From NCBI GenBank assembly GCA_018656485.1, contig JABIAA010000075.1, forward strand, positions 1 to 34,967: a DNA stretch of 34,967 bases, in the 5' to 3' direction. Position 1 is the stretch's first letter. The number at the start of each line of letters is the position of its first letter. Position numbers and translations under genes: made by a program. This DNA is from a bacterium. GTDB lineage: Bacteria; Babelota; Babeliae; Babelales; GCA-2401785. Under the pieces are notes generated by a model. It was not told the origin of the DNA. It made no database searches and was given only the letters and a program-made list of their open reading frames with translations. Positions 17,135 through 25,135 of the stretch are shown piece by piece.

Positions 17135-17907
17135 AAGATAAATTTAAAATTGCGCTCACCATAGCAATTTCCGCAGGACCATTGATCCACGGTATGGGAA
17201 ATGAGTTTTTCACTCTTGATGATGGAATATCAAAACCAATAATAAGAAAAAATGTCCCACTTCGTGAAATATTTGAAATCGTCGGCGGAGATGTCGATTT
17301 TGCAAAAACAGTCATCGATCTTCGACTGCAGGATGATAACCTGGAAGTTGTTCCAGATGAAATCGGCAACTTCGAAAATCTAGAACGGCTTTTGATTCTC
17401 AAGTCCAGCAGCACTGCCCCAATAAAAATAAGTGAAAAAATTGGAAAGCTCAAAACGTTGAAAGAACTAGTTATTCAACGACACTGCCCCGTTCTTCCAA
17501 AATCTCTTCGAGAAAAAATTTGTACACCAGGAAGTACGTTCAACTTGTATGTAAATCTCGAACCAGCATTCTTCTACAAAGAAAAAGGTGGGCCGACATC
17601 CGCATTCGTAAACTTTACAAACGGACCGGGAAGGTTCGAATGCAATGGAACAATTTATCGCGCCTTCATGAAAGGACCTTTGGAAGAAAGCTTGAGGGCT
17701 TTCACAACAGGCACAAAAATTTCCTGTGATGCAAAAACCGATGTCGTCAACGACAATGCTTCCGCGGGAATACAACATGTCAACAACCGTGGTTGTCCAA
17801 TGCATCCTGACATGTACATAAAACAAGGGCAGCTCTTCTTTCTTCCGGATTTATCGTGGGAACAAAAAAAACAATTTGGACGCCCACAGCTCACCCAAAT
17901 AAAATAA
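17131..17907 (+). CDS. Family D secreted protein, member D7
   Basis: Its start overlaps the D6 stop (ATGA, 17131-17134). Leader MKDKFKIALTIAISAG and LEVVPDEIGNFENLERLLI are present. The core is LPKSLREKICTPGSTFNLYVNLEPAFFYKEKGGPTSAFVNFTNGPGRFECNGTIY (17494-17658). Confidence 0.85.
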   Translation: MKDKFKIALTIAISAGPLIHGMGNEFFTLDDGISKPIIRKNVPLREIFEIVGGDVDFAKTVIDLRLQDDNLEVVPDEIGNFENLERLLILKSSSTAPIKISEKIGKLKTLKELVIQRHCPVLPKSLREKICTPGSTFNLYVNLEPAFFYKEKGGPTSAFVNFTNGPGRFECNGTIYRAFMKGPLEESLRAFTTGTKISCDAKTDVVNDNASAGIQHVNNRGCPMHPDMYIKQGQLFFLPDLSWEQKKQFGRPQLTQIK

Positions 17908-17987
17908 TAAATACACAAAATGAATTGTGTTTAACTTGCACAAATCATTTTAACGGAGCGACTCATCTAAAAACCAGGGCAAACTCA

Positions 17988-18893
17988 ATGAAAACAAAAT
18001 TCAAAATTGCGGCTTTCGTTTTAGCATTTTTTCCCGCATCGTCATCGCAGGCATACATCGAATTAAATGAAAAAAAATACGATTGCCACTACGACCTGCG
18101 CAACCCAGCAAACCTTCCAGCAAACATTGAGGAAATAATTGGTGCAATGGAAAGATTTCAATCACCGAGCATAACACTCCACGACAACTCTTCAGAGGTA
18201 TTTTTTGACTTACTAACACAGCGCCCCGATCTCGCAGCAAAAATTGAAAAAATAATTATCGAAGATGACAACTTAACACATGTGCTTGATTCAATTGGAT
18301 TCTGCTCAAATCTTCGGACTTTACACATTTATTCAGAAAGCCTCATTCACATCAGCGAGCAACTTGGGAACATCCATTCTCTTGAAAATCTATGTATAAC
18401 TGGAAGCCAAGATTTCAAATTCCTGCCATCATCCCTACGCAGGAAAATCTGCAACCAAGATGGGTATTTGAATTTTTGGTTGGACTTCAAAGTCGTGTAC
18501 TTTGATTTCGACGAAAATGGAAATCGCGTTGCCATGGTTAATTTTGCGGATGGGGCAGGAAGAAAAATGTGTAACGACGATGGCGATGGTGATATCAAAA
18601 ATGTTCCACTTGACATACAATTCGCAATTGAAGAAAATCGAAACACATTTTATCGTGGGGTTATCGCGTGGGCAGAGTCACACAACGCTCACAAACTGAT
18701 GGAGGCAGCAGAGACAATGCTACTTTCAAACATCGTAGATCATGCCGCAACACTTAGACAGATGCCAGAGGAGATTCAACAGATTTTAGATTGCGCTGGA
18801 CGAGATGAAGCAATGAGATCGATAATCAGTAACGGCGAAGTTCAACATGGATGTGTATGCATTGGTGATGATTCTTCCTTCATGATTTTTTAG
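17988..18893 (+). CDS. Family D secreted protein, member D8
   Basis: I chose the ATG at 17988, giving leader MKTKFKIAAFVLAFFPASSSQA; the 17856 ORF start overlaps D7. It has QRPDLAAKIEKIII and the core LPSSLRRKICNQDGYLNFWLDF...MVNFADGAGRKMCNDDGDGD. It is collinear end-to-end with D13. Confidence 0.85.
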   Translation: MKTKFKIAAFVLAFFPASSSQAYIELNEKKYDCHYDLRNPANLPANIEEIIGAMERFQSPSITLHDNSSEVFFDLLTQRPDLAAKIEKIIIEDDNLTHVLDSIGFCSNLRTLHIYSESLIHISEQLGNIHSLENLCITGSQDFKFLPSSLRRKICNQDGYLNFWLDFKVVYFDFDENGNRVAMVNFADGAGRKMCNDDGDGDIKNVPLDIQFAIEENRNTFYRGVIAWAESHNAHKLMEAAETMLLSNIVDHAATLRQMPEEIQQILDCAGRDEAMRSIISNGEVQHGCVCIGDDSSFMIF

Positions 18894-18924
18894 TTTCACA
18901 TACAAACTTTGAGAAAACCCTACC

Positions 18925-19857
18925 ATGAAATTATTCGCAAAATTCGGACTTGTCGTCACAACAACATTATTTTTTGGAACTTCTTCCAAAACAGAAGTTC
19001 TCTTCACAGACTATGGAGACGAACATAATTACACCCTGCTTCATGAAACATCATGCGAGGAAATCAAAAATTCCATTGCCGAACATAGTGGACATCTGGA
19101 CACCGCAATTAGCGTGAGTACAAATCATCGAACCGCTAACGCCTTTTTCGAATTCATTAGTAAAAATAGGCAGCTAGCAACCCGGGTCGTCGACTTAACA
19201 CTTGGCGACCAAACCCTCGAGAAAACTCCAGAGACAGTCGCACTTATGCCAAATTTGCACACCCTAAGAATTCATTTTGGAAATGAACTGACAGTCCCAA
19301 CACAAGTCGGGGAACTTGAAAAATTGAAACAACTAGAAATCTCCAAGGATTCCGGAGTTAAGTGTCTTCCAAAATCACTTCGAACAAAAATAGACTCGCA
19401 TGGTGGGAATTTTAAATTTGAAACTTATTTTGGATTAACATACTTTTCCATTGGCAAAAATGAAACACTAGAAGCTCTCGTAAACTTTGAAGATGGACCA
19501 GGTATGTTTGGATGTAGCGGGATTATCAATGAAATCAACGACTGCGATCATAACAATGTGCGTGATATTAACAAAGAGGGCTTTTTTCTTGGACTACAAA
19601 ATAAATATGAAGGCAGCCTATACTACCACGTAATAAAAAATATAATCACCAAATGGAATGCTGAAAAAGCAAGCAATGAAGACATTCCAGACAAACTCAG
19701 ATGCGACTTAACGGGATTAGCAAGGGCGATTTCAGCAATCGATTTCATTTTGAAAGAAAACAACGGAACCATCCCCCCGGGGGTATTCGTAAAAAATGGG
19801 AACATCTTTTTGGGGGGCGAATATGACGAGGAATCATCGGACGATGACGATTTTTAG
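18925..19857 (+). CDS. Family D secreted protein, member D9
   Basis: Leader MKLFAKFGLVVTTTLFFGTSS. It has KNRQLATRVVDLTL and LEKTPETVALMPNLHTLRI. The core is LPKSLRTKIDSHGGNFKF...ALVNFEDGPGMFGCSG, followed by an acidic tail EYDEESSDDDDF. Confidence 0.85.
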   Translation: MKLFAKFGLVVTTTLFFGTSSKTEVLFTDYGDEHNYTLLHETSCEEIKNSIAEHSGHLDTAISVSTNHRTANAFFEFISKNRQLATRVVDLTLGDQTLEKTPETVALMPNLHTLRIHFGNELTVPTQVGELEKLKQLEISKDSGVKCLPKSLRTKIDSHGGNFKFETYFGLTYFSIGKNETLEALVNFEDGPGMFGCSGIINEINDCDHNNVRDINKEGFFLGLQNKYEGSLYYHVIKNIITKWNAEKASNEDIPDKLRCDLTGLARAISAIDFILKENNGTIPPGVFVKNGNIFLGGEYDEESSDDDDF

Positions 19858-19877
19858 CCAATTTAAAAACTAAGCTT

Positions 19878-19907
19878 TTGGAAATTCCAAAATTTGTACT
19901 TTATAAT
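19878..19907 (+). promoter_or_regulatory. Candidate sigma70-like promoter for D10 (TTGGAA-N18-TATAAT)
   Basis: TTGGAA at 19878-19883, an 18-nt spacer, and a perfect TATAAT at 19902-19907, 20 nt before the ATG at 19928. Confidence 0.4.
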
Positions 19908-19927
19908 CCAAACGGATAGAAGAAATA

Positions 19928-20857
19928 ATGAAACAACAATCAAAATTAATTCTTGTTTCAATCATCGCATGCACGACAGTCAGCTGCAGCGCAAATTGGA
20001 TTTCCAGCGTTTCATTTGAAGAAAGAAACAACATTGCTTTTCAAAATCCAGAGCGCAACCAATTCCATTGGTCATCGTACGATAATCTAAAAAAGATCTT
20101 TCAGAGTGCCCAAGAATCGGCTGTCGCATCTAGGCCAATAATCCATGTGTCGGTCAATCTTTCTGGAGATCTAAAGGCTTTGTACACATTCGCAAAAGAT
20201 CACCCTGAGATTGCCGCAACAGTCACAAAGTTATCATTACGAATGACCGATCTAAAAATAGTTCCCGACGAAATTGCACTGTTCAAAAATCTAAAAGAAC
20301 TATCCATGGATCGGACAGAGTTGCCTGTTGAACTCAGCGAAGAAGTCGGCAATATAAAAACCCTTTCAAAACTCCTACTTCTCTCCAACGCACCAGTCAT
20401 GAGCCTCCCAGAATCGTTAAGAAAAAAAGTTTGCACGCCTGGAAGTAAATTTCATCTTACTGTAAGATTTGGAACCGTTTTTTTCTTATGTCCCAATAAT
20501 GCCAAGATCGTTTCTTTGGTAAATTTTACAAATAGACCTGGCGTCGTTTATTGTAATGCAACTGTATTTGGAATACATATGCATAATCACGGGAAAGAGG
20601 CATTCAACTTGGGTGTCCAACTATCTGCAGCTCACCAAAGCCTATACAAGTTGACGTCACAATACATACACACAAAACGCCTCCTTCAAGTCGCACAACG
20701 CGCAGAGCTTCCAAAAAGCGTCCAAAAAAAAATGCAATCCTTCACACTGACAAATGAAGATCGAAAAAGTTGTACCCGTGGAATGCTTATTGCTGAAAAC
20801 CTACAAAAAAATACCCAGCGCCACTGGATCCAGATTAGACAGGGATTTTTGACATAG
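19928..20857 (+). CDS. Family D secreted protein (possible lipoprotein), member D10
   Basis: The leader MKQQSKLILVSIIAC is lipobox-like (I-I-A-C). It has DHPEIAATVTKLSL and LKIVPDEIALFKNLKELSM. The core is LPESLRKKVCTPGSKFHLTVRFGTVFF...LVNFTNRPGVVYCNATVF (20405-20569). Confidence 0.85.
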   Translation: MKQQSKLILVSIIACTTVSCSANWISSVSFEERNNIAFQNPERNQFHWSSYDNLKKIFQSAQESAVASRPIIHVSVNLSGDLKALYTFAKDHPEIAATVTKLSLRMTDLKIVPDEIALFKNLKELSMDRTELPVELSEEVGNIKTLSKLLLLSNAPVMSLPESLRKKVCTPGSKFHLTVRFGTVFFLCPNNAKIVSLVNFTNRPGVVYCNATVFGIHMHNHGKEAFNLGVQLSAAHQSLYKLTSQYIHTKRLLQVAQRAELPKSVQKKMQSFTLTNEDRKSCTRGMLIAENLQKNTQRHWIQIRQGFLT

Positions 20858-20886
20858 ACTGTAGCTAAAAAAATGAAAGGAACAAA

Positions 20887-22302
20887 GTGCGACATTTTTT
20901 AAAATATGCTTTTTTCACTGCAATCGCAGGCACAACATTATACTGCAACACATCATCAATAACCAAGCCAATCTCAACAAAATTCCAACACGGAGTTGTT
21001 AACCCAATCTGCGAATTTTCCAAACGGCTTACCACACGGCTAGAATCATCCGAGTGGCTCAATAAACAAAATCCTGACATTACAAAATACTTTAATTTTG
21101 CAAAATACTCATGGGACGAAAATTACAAAACGACTTCGTTTGTTCCGTACGTAGAAAAGCTTATTGTTGAACCAGAAACGAAGATTGTTGTTATCCCAGA
21201 TATCCACGGCAATGCCCGCTTTTACTACCGCGTCATGAAAGACCTTGTCGAGCGAAAAATAATTCGAAGAACTGACAATGGCTACCAAATTGCACAAGAA
21301 AACCTCTACTTCATTTTCCTAGGCGACTACGTTAACGCCCTCTTCGGCGGCGCAGAAATTCTTCTGAATGCAATACAACTTTCTAACAACAGCCCCGGTA
21401 AGGTTTTTCTTCTGCGCGGCAACCACGAAAACATCGGCTACTGGAATCCAATGTTCGCATCATACTGCCATGGCGAACTTGTAAGGTGGGAAGTTATGGA
21501 AAGATTCTCCGCGCCTTCCTACGCAGATGCCAACAAATTTTTCTATACATACGATCTTCTCTCACTCACCATGTATCTTGGATGCAAGAACACAAACGGA
21601 AGCACGGATTTTTTACAAATCAGCCACTCCAACTTTGAAGTCGGATACAACGCAAAAGATTTCTTGGACAGTACTTCCCAATTTCACTTTTTAGAAAGAT
21701 TCGATCGCCCAGGAATGCTTGCGCAGCTGCCACTTTCTGAAGAATTGCAAAGAAAAAAAGATGGCATCGAACCTTGGGGCTTCGTAGAGAAACTTAAGGG
21801 AATTCATCTGCTTTGCGAAGACCTCCAACCAGAAGATTTTGTCGGAACCAACTATCAGTTTGGTGGCTTTGTTGGGTGCGGAGATTTTTTGGATTCAGAC
21901 CCTGGCTGGGATGAAGGACTCGGGGACGGAATTTCTATTTCCAAGAAAACAGCCAAACACCCGCACAGAGCCGTTCCGGTGTGGGGAGAAAAGGCAACCA
22001 AAAGATTTCTCGATCTTAACAGCTCTAGTAAAAATATCCTTCGCGGAATTATCCGAGGACACCAACACGGCAATCACGAAAAAATCTACCGAACACATGG
22101 CTTTATGCCGCAATGGAATGGGACCGTCACGACCCTCGCATCAGCATCAACATTTCCTCGGGACAACGGCGATTACACGTACTTCATAATCACAACGAAA
22201 AACTCGTACCGAGAGTGGACAATTGAACACAACTGGGTTACAGTCCGGCAAGCTCCTGTGAACGTTTTTTCGCGGGCAACACACAAACTTTGGGAAACAT
22301 AG
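20887..22302 (+). CDS. PPP-family (calcineurin-like) metallophosphatase with N-terminal hydrophobic leader
   Basis: GTG start 5 nt after AAAGGA, with leader MRHFLKYAFFTAIAGTTLYC. The PPP motifs appear in order: VVIPDIHGN (GDxHG-like), FLGDYVN (GDxVDRG-like), LLRGNHEN (GNHE) and IIRGHQHG (RGH). Confidence 0.85.
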   Translation: MRHFLKYAFFTAIAGTTLYCNTSSITKPISTKFQHGVVNPICEFSKRLTTRLESSEWLNKQNPDITKYFNFAKYSWDENYKTTSFVPYVEKLIVEPETKIVVIPDIHGNARFYYRVMKDLVERKIIRRTDNGYQIAQENLYFIFLGDYVNALFGGAEILLNAIQLSNNSPGKVFLLRGNHENIGYWNPMFASYCHGELVRWEVMERFSAPSYADANKFFYTYDLLSLTMYLGCKNTNGSTDFLQISHSNFEVGYNAKDFLDSTSQFHFLERFDRPGMLAQLPLSEELQRKKDGIEPWGFVEKLKGIHLLCEDLQPEDFVGTNYQFGGFVGCGDFLDSDPGWDEGLGDGISISKKTAKHPHRAVPVWGEKATKRFLDLNSSSKNILRGIIRGHQHGNHEKIYRTHGFMPQWNGTVTTLASASTFPRDNGDYTYFIITTKNSYREWTIEHNWVTVRQAPVNVFSRATHKLWET

Positions 22303-22333
22303 AAACAATAAAATTTTTTGGGGAAGCAACACG

Positions 22334-23140
22334 ATGAAACATTTCACAAAATTTGCACTAGCGCTCGCACTGACAACTGGTTTTGTTTGTCACAATTCAA
22401 CCGCACGCGTGATAGTTCTTTGCGAGGGCAATGGCTACGTAAATCTAAATATTTACGCAGACGCAACAGAGGAGCAACTTCGCCAAGAGTTTGAAAAAAG
22501 ACCAGACGTCAAAGAAGTACATGTCAATTATTACGACAACGGAGTCGAATTTTTGGACTTCGTAAAAAGACACCCTCACCTCGCAACCAAGATTACCGAA
22601 ATCAACTCGGGCAATTATTCAATCAAAAAGCCAGGGCTAATCACGCTATGTGAACATTGCAAAAATCTCACGAGCCTAGAGATTAACGTCGATGATGAAA
22701 CCATCCCAGAAGAAGTTGGTGAACTTTCATGCCTCAAATCACTCGAAATTGGTGGAGAAAGCACAAGATATTTACCAGAATCACTGCGAGCCAAAGTCTG
22801 CACACAATTTAGCAACTTTTTTTTGGGCATCGATCACCGTGGCCCTGCGTACTTCGACATGTTCGAGTTTAGACCAATTGCCACGATCAATTTTAAAAAT
22901 GGAACCGGCAGATTTTTTTGCAATGGCAGCATTGAAGGAATCGAAAGAAATCTCAAAAAAGCCATCGAAATAAATTTTCGCGCAGCACTCTTTCACAAAC
23001 CAAGGACCTTTAAAAGAGAAGGTATCGACCTTGCAATGCAAACGATAAGCCACGGCCTAGAAAGCACCACCATACGAATCGAAGCTGGAAGCGCTTTGAA
23101 CATAATCCCACAGAACACTCTGGGAGCTTTGATTGGGTAA
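22334..23140 (+). CDS. Family D secreted protein, member D11
   Basis: Leader MKHFTKFALALALTTGFVCHNS, then RHPHLATKITEI. The core is LPESLRAKVCTQFSNFFLGIDHRGPAYF...TINFKNGTGRFFCNGSI. Confidence 0.85.
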   Translation: MKHFTKFALALALTTGFVCHNSTARVIVLCEGNGYVNLNIYADATEEQLRQEFEKRPDVKEVHVNYYDNGVEFLDFVKRHPHLATKITEINSGNYSIKKPGLITLCEHCKNLTSLEINVDDETIPEEVGELSCLKSLEIGGESTRYLPESLRAKVCTQFSNFFLGIDHRGPAYFDMFEFRPIATINFKNGTGRFFCNGSIEGIERNLKKAIEINFRAALFHKPRTFKREGIDLAMQTISHGLESTTIRIEAGSALNIIPQNTLGALIG

Positions 23141-23147
23141 ACCCGTC

Positions 23148-23213
23148 ACTGGGTTCAGTATGGTAAGCCCTGTGCACGAATTTTATAGAACAACACAAAA
23201 ACTTTGGAAAAAC
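23148..23213 (+). pseudogene. Relic of a phosphatase-gene 3' end
   Basis: My hand alignment to 22232-22298 (the last ~22 codons of the 20887-22302 gene) gives 51 matches over 66 aligned columns with 2 single-base gaps. The translation VSPVHEFYRTTQKLWKN compares with RQAPVNVFSRATHKLWET. Confidence 0.55.
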
Positions 23214-23572
23214 GGGCTAAACCCGCCTGCGTACAGCCACAAGCAAGCTTGGGCTTGGCCCGACCAACACGACATTCGAAAAATAACTTCTTCTATTGCA
23301 ACTTACAAAACTGGCGGGATCCTGTCCGCGACTCCAACGAGCTCCTCGCTCGATTAAAAAATTAGAAAATTTGCAAAACCAATTCCGCGGGAAAAATCAT
23401 ACAAGTTTTTGTTGCTGTAATCCTCCGAACAACGAAAGCAGGAAAGCGGCGGTTTTCGCTTTACACTCAGTATGTTTTTGTTACACTTCATAAAATCAGA
23501 AATTCGGAACTCTAAAAAAAATAAACCCCTTGAAGGTCACAAATGATTTTTATCTGTTAGTTAGGAAATATT

Positions 23573-24520
23573 ATGAAAAACAAATCAATATTGATATCCA
23601 CACTCGCAACCATCGCACTAACAATTTGCAGCAACTCCAGTGGAGCATCCGAACTTTTTCTTGAGTACAGGACACCCCACCATCGCAGCGCAACCTCTCC
23701 ATTCGAATGGTCCAACAAAGAAGAACTTCTGGAGTTGTTCAATGTTGAGGTTCTTGAAAATGGAAAGCGAGTCGAGATAGTTCACATAACAAAGCCTGAA
23801 GACTGCAAAACTTTTTTCGAAGTTGTAGACGAAAATAAGGCTCTTGCAGAACAAACCAAGAAGTTGTTGGTAAATCACGATGAGGCGATAATAATTCCAC
23901 ATACAATTTACAAATGCAGCAACCTCGAATGGTTGTGTTTGACGACATCAGATGTAGTCAAAATGCACCCAATGATCGTAATGCTCAATAAACTGAAATC
24001 CCTATGGATATCAGCATCCAACAGACAAATTTTTCCATCGACATTTAGGCACAAGCTCTGTTCCGCACATTCAACTTTATCCACAGAATTCAATTTTGAA
24101 ACCGCACACTTCTCAATGAGCGATGATGGCGAAGTTTCCGCACAGGTAAACTTTAATAACGGGCCTGGCGAAGTAAAATGTAAAGCAGAAATCCACGGAA
24201 TCCCCGAAGACATCGACGAGTTCATCACGAAGAACGCTCTCGCGCATCTACCGACAACACTTGTAGAATTTATGATCAGAAGATTTCACTCAAACAATGA
24301 GTTGCCGAACAAAGCATTTGAATCCGGAATTCCGACAACACTGCACCAAAGCATACAAAGAGGATGCTCTGCCAAACGCAAACGAGACAGCGCAAAAACA
24401 GTTACAGAGATAAATAAAAAACAGCTGGTTAAAGAAATGTGGAACTTAGCACACGATAGAGTTTTCGACCGCAGGGTAAAAATTAGAAACGGGGAAATCG
24501 TCCAAGCACCTGCGGAGTGA
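23573..24520 (+). CDS. Family D secreted protein, member D12
   Basis: Leader MKNKSILISTLATIALTICSN. It has ENKALAEQTKKLLV and the core FPSTFRHKLCSAHSTLSTEFNFETAHF...QVNFNNGPGEVKCKAEI. Confidence 0.85.
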   Translation: MKNKSILISTLATIALTICSNSSGASELFLEYRTPHHRSATSPFEWSNKEELLELFNVEVLENGKRVEIVHITKPEDCKTFFEVVDENKALAEQTKKLLVNHDEAIIIPHTIYKCSNLEWLCLTTSDVVKMHPMIVMLNKLKSLWISASNRQIFPSTFRHKLCSAHSTLSTEFNFETAHFSMSDDGEVSAQVNFNNGPGEVKCKAEIHGIPEDIDEFITKNALAHLPTTLVEFMIRRFHSNNELPNKAFESGIPTTLHQSIQRGCSAKRKRDSAKTVTEINKKQLVKEMWNLAHDRVFDRRVKIRNGEIVQAPAE

Positions 24521-24528
24521 CTCCGCTA

Positions 24529-24983
24529 GGAAGGCTGAGCCTTCACCCATCAAGCACACACAAAATTTATCTATCGATTTGGAAGTGACAAAATAAAATT
24601 GAGTGTAACGAGATTAAATAAAACGAAACGCAGTGAGTTAAATAATGCTGAGGCTTGCCGATGCAAAACATGGGGAGTGCCGCTCTCTTTCCGTTGGTCA
24701 GAGAATTTTTATAAAAAAATCTGACAATCGCATTATGCAAATTAGAAATTAAATAAAACTGAACGCAGTGAGGTTAAATAAAATAAAACGACCATGGGGA
24801 GTTAAACTGAACGCAGTGAGGAAGGGGAGAACTCATTACATTTGTTGTGTTGCAAGGCGGCAAACAAATTTAGCGGATTGCTCGATGCTTGGGTTCCCTT
24901 GGAAAATGACCATATTTTTGGAGCTTGTTCTTTAGAATGTAAATCACCTGGACAGCTTGCTGCGGGTAAAGGCTCAGCCTTCC
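24529..24983. repeat. Non-coding repeat element bounded by 20-bp inverted repeats (MITE-like)
   Basis: The left end is GGAAGGCTGAGCCTTCACCC (24529-24548). The right end is GGGTAAAGGCTCAGCCTTCC (24964-24983). Its reverse complement matches the left end at 19/20. The interior carries the same TTAAATAA / TGCTGAGGCTTGCCGATGCAAAA / AACGCAGTGAG words as 13222-13444. There is no credible ORF inside. Confidence 0.6.
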
Positions 24984-25135
24984 TGACCTACAGCCGACAT
25001 AAAACGGCGCTTTTGGCCTAAAAATCAAGTTTTTCTTTCACAATTGGATATTTGAAAAAAACCGGCTACATTACTAATCCACACATTGAATAAACATGAA
25101 AATGTAAAATTCAACCTCAAAACAAGGTTTTTCAA

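Noticed and set aside
23133-23493. Small ORFs 23133-23357 (74 aa) and 23296-23493 (65 aa) in the D11-D12 gap.
   Set aside because: They have no RBS and no leader. The first owes its only recognisable segment to the phosphatase 3' relic, so they are better explained as decayed sequence.
24512-24526. A perfect 6-bp hairpin GCGGAG-TGA-CTCCGC spanning the D12 stop codon, considered as an intrinsic terminator.
   Set aside because: No U-tract follows (the next bases are TAGGAAGGCTG) and the stem is short. It may have some structural role, but it is not a canonical terminator.
23141-25135. tRNA, SRP RNA, tmRNA or another structured RNA gene in the two long gene-free gaps.
   Set aside because: I found no cloverleaf-compatible arms, no GTTCGAAT-type T-loop and no SRP-like GGAA/AGCA motifs by eye. 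Only short generic hairpins are present. A covariance-model scan (Infernal/Rfam, tRNAscan-SE) would be needed to exclude them formally.
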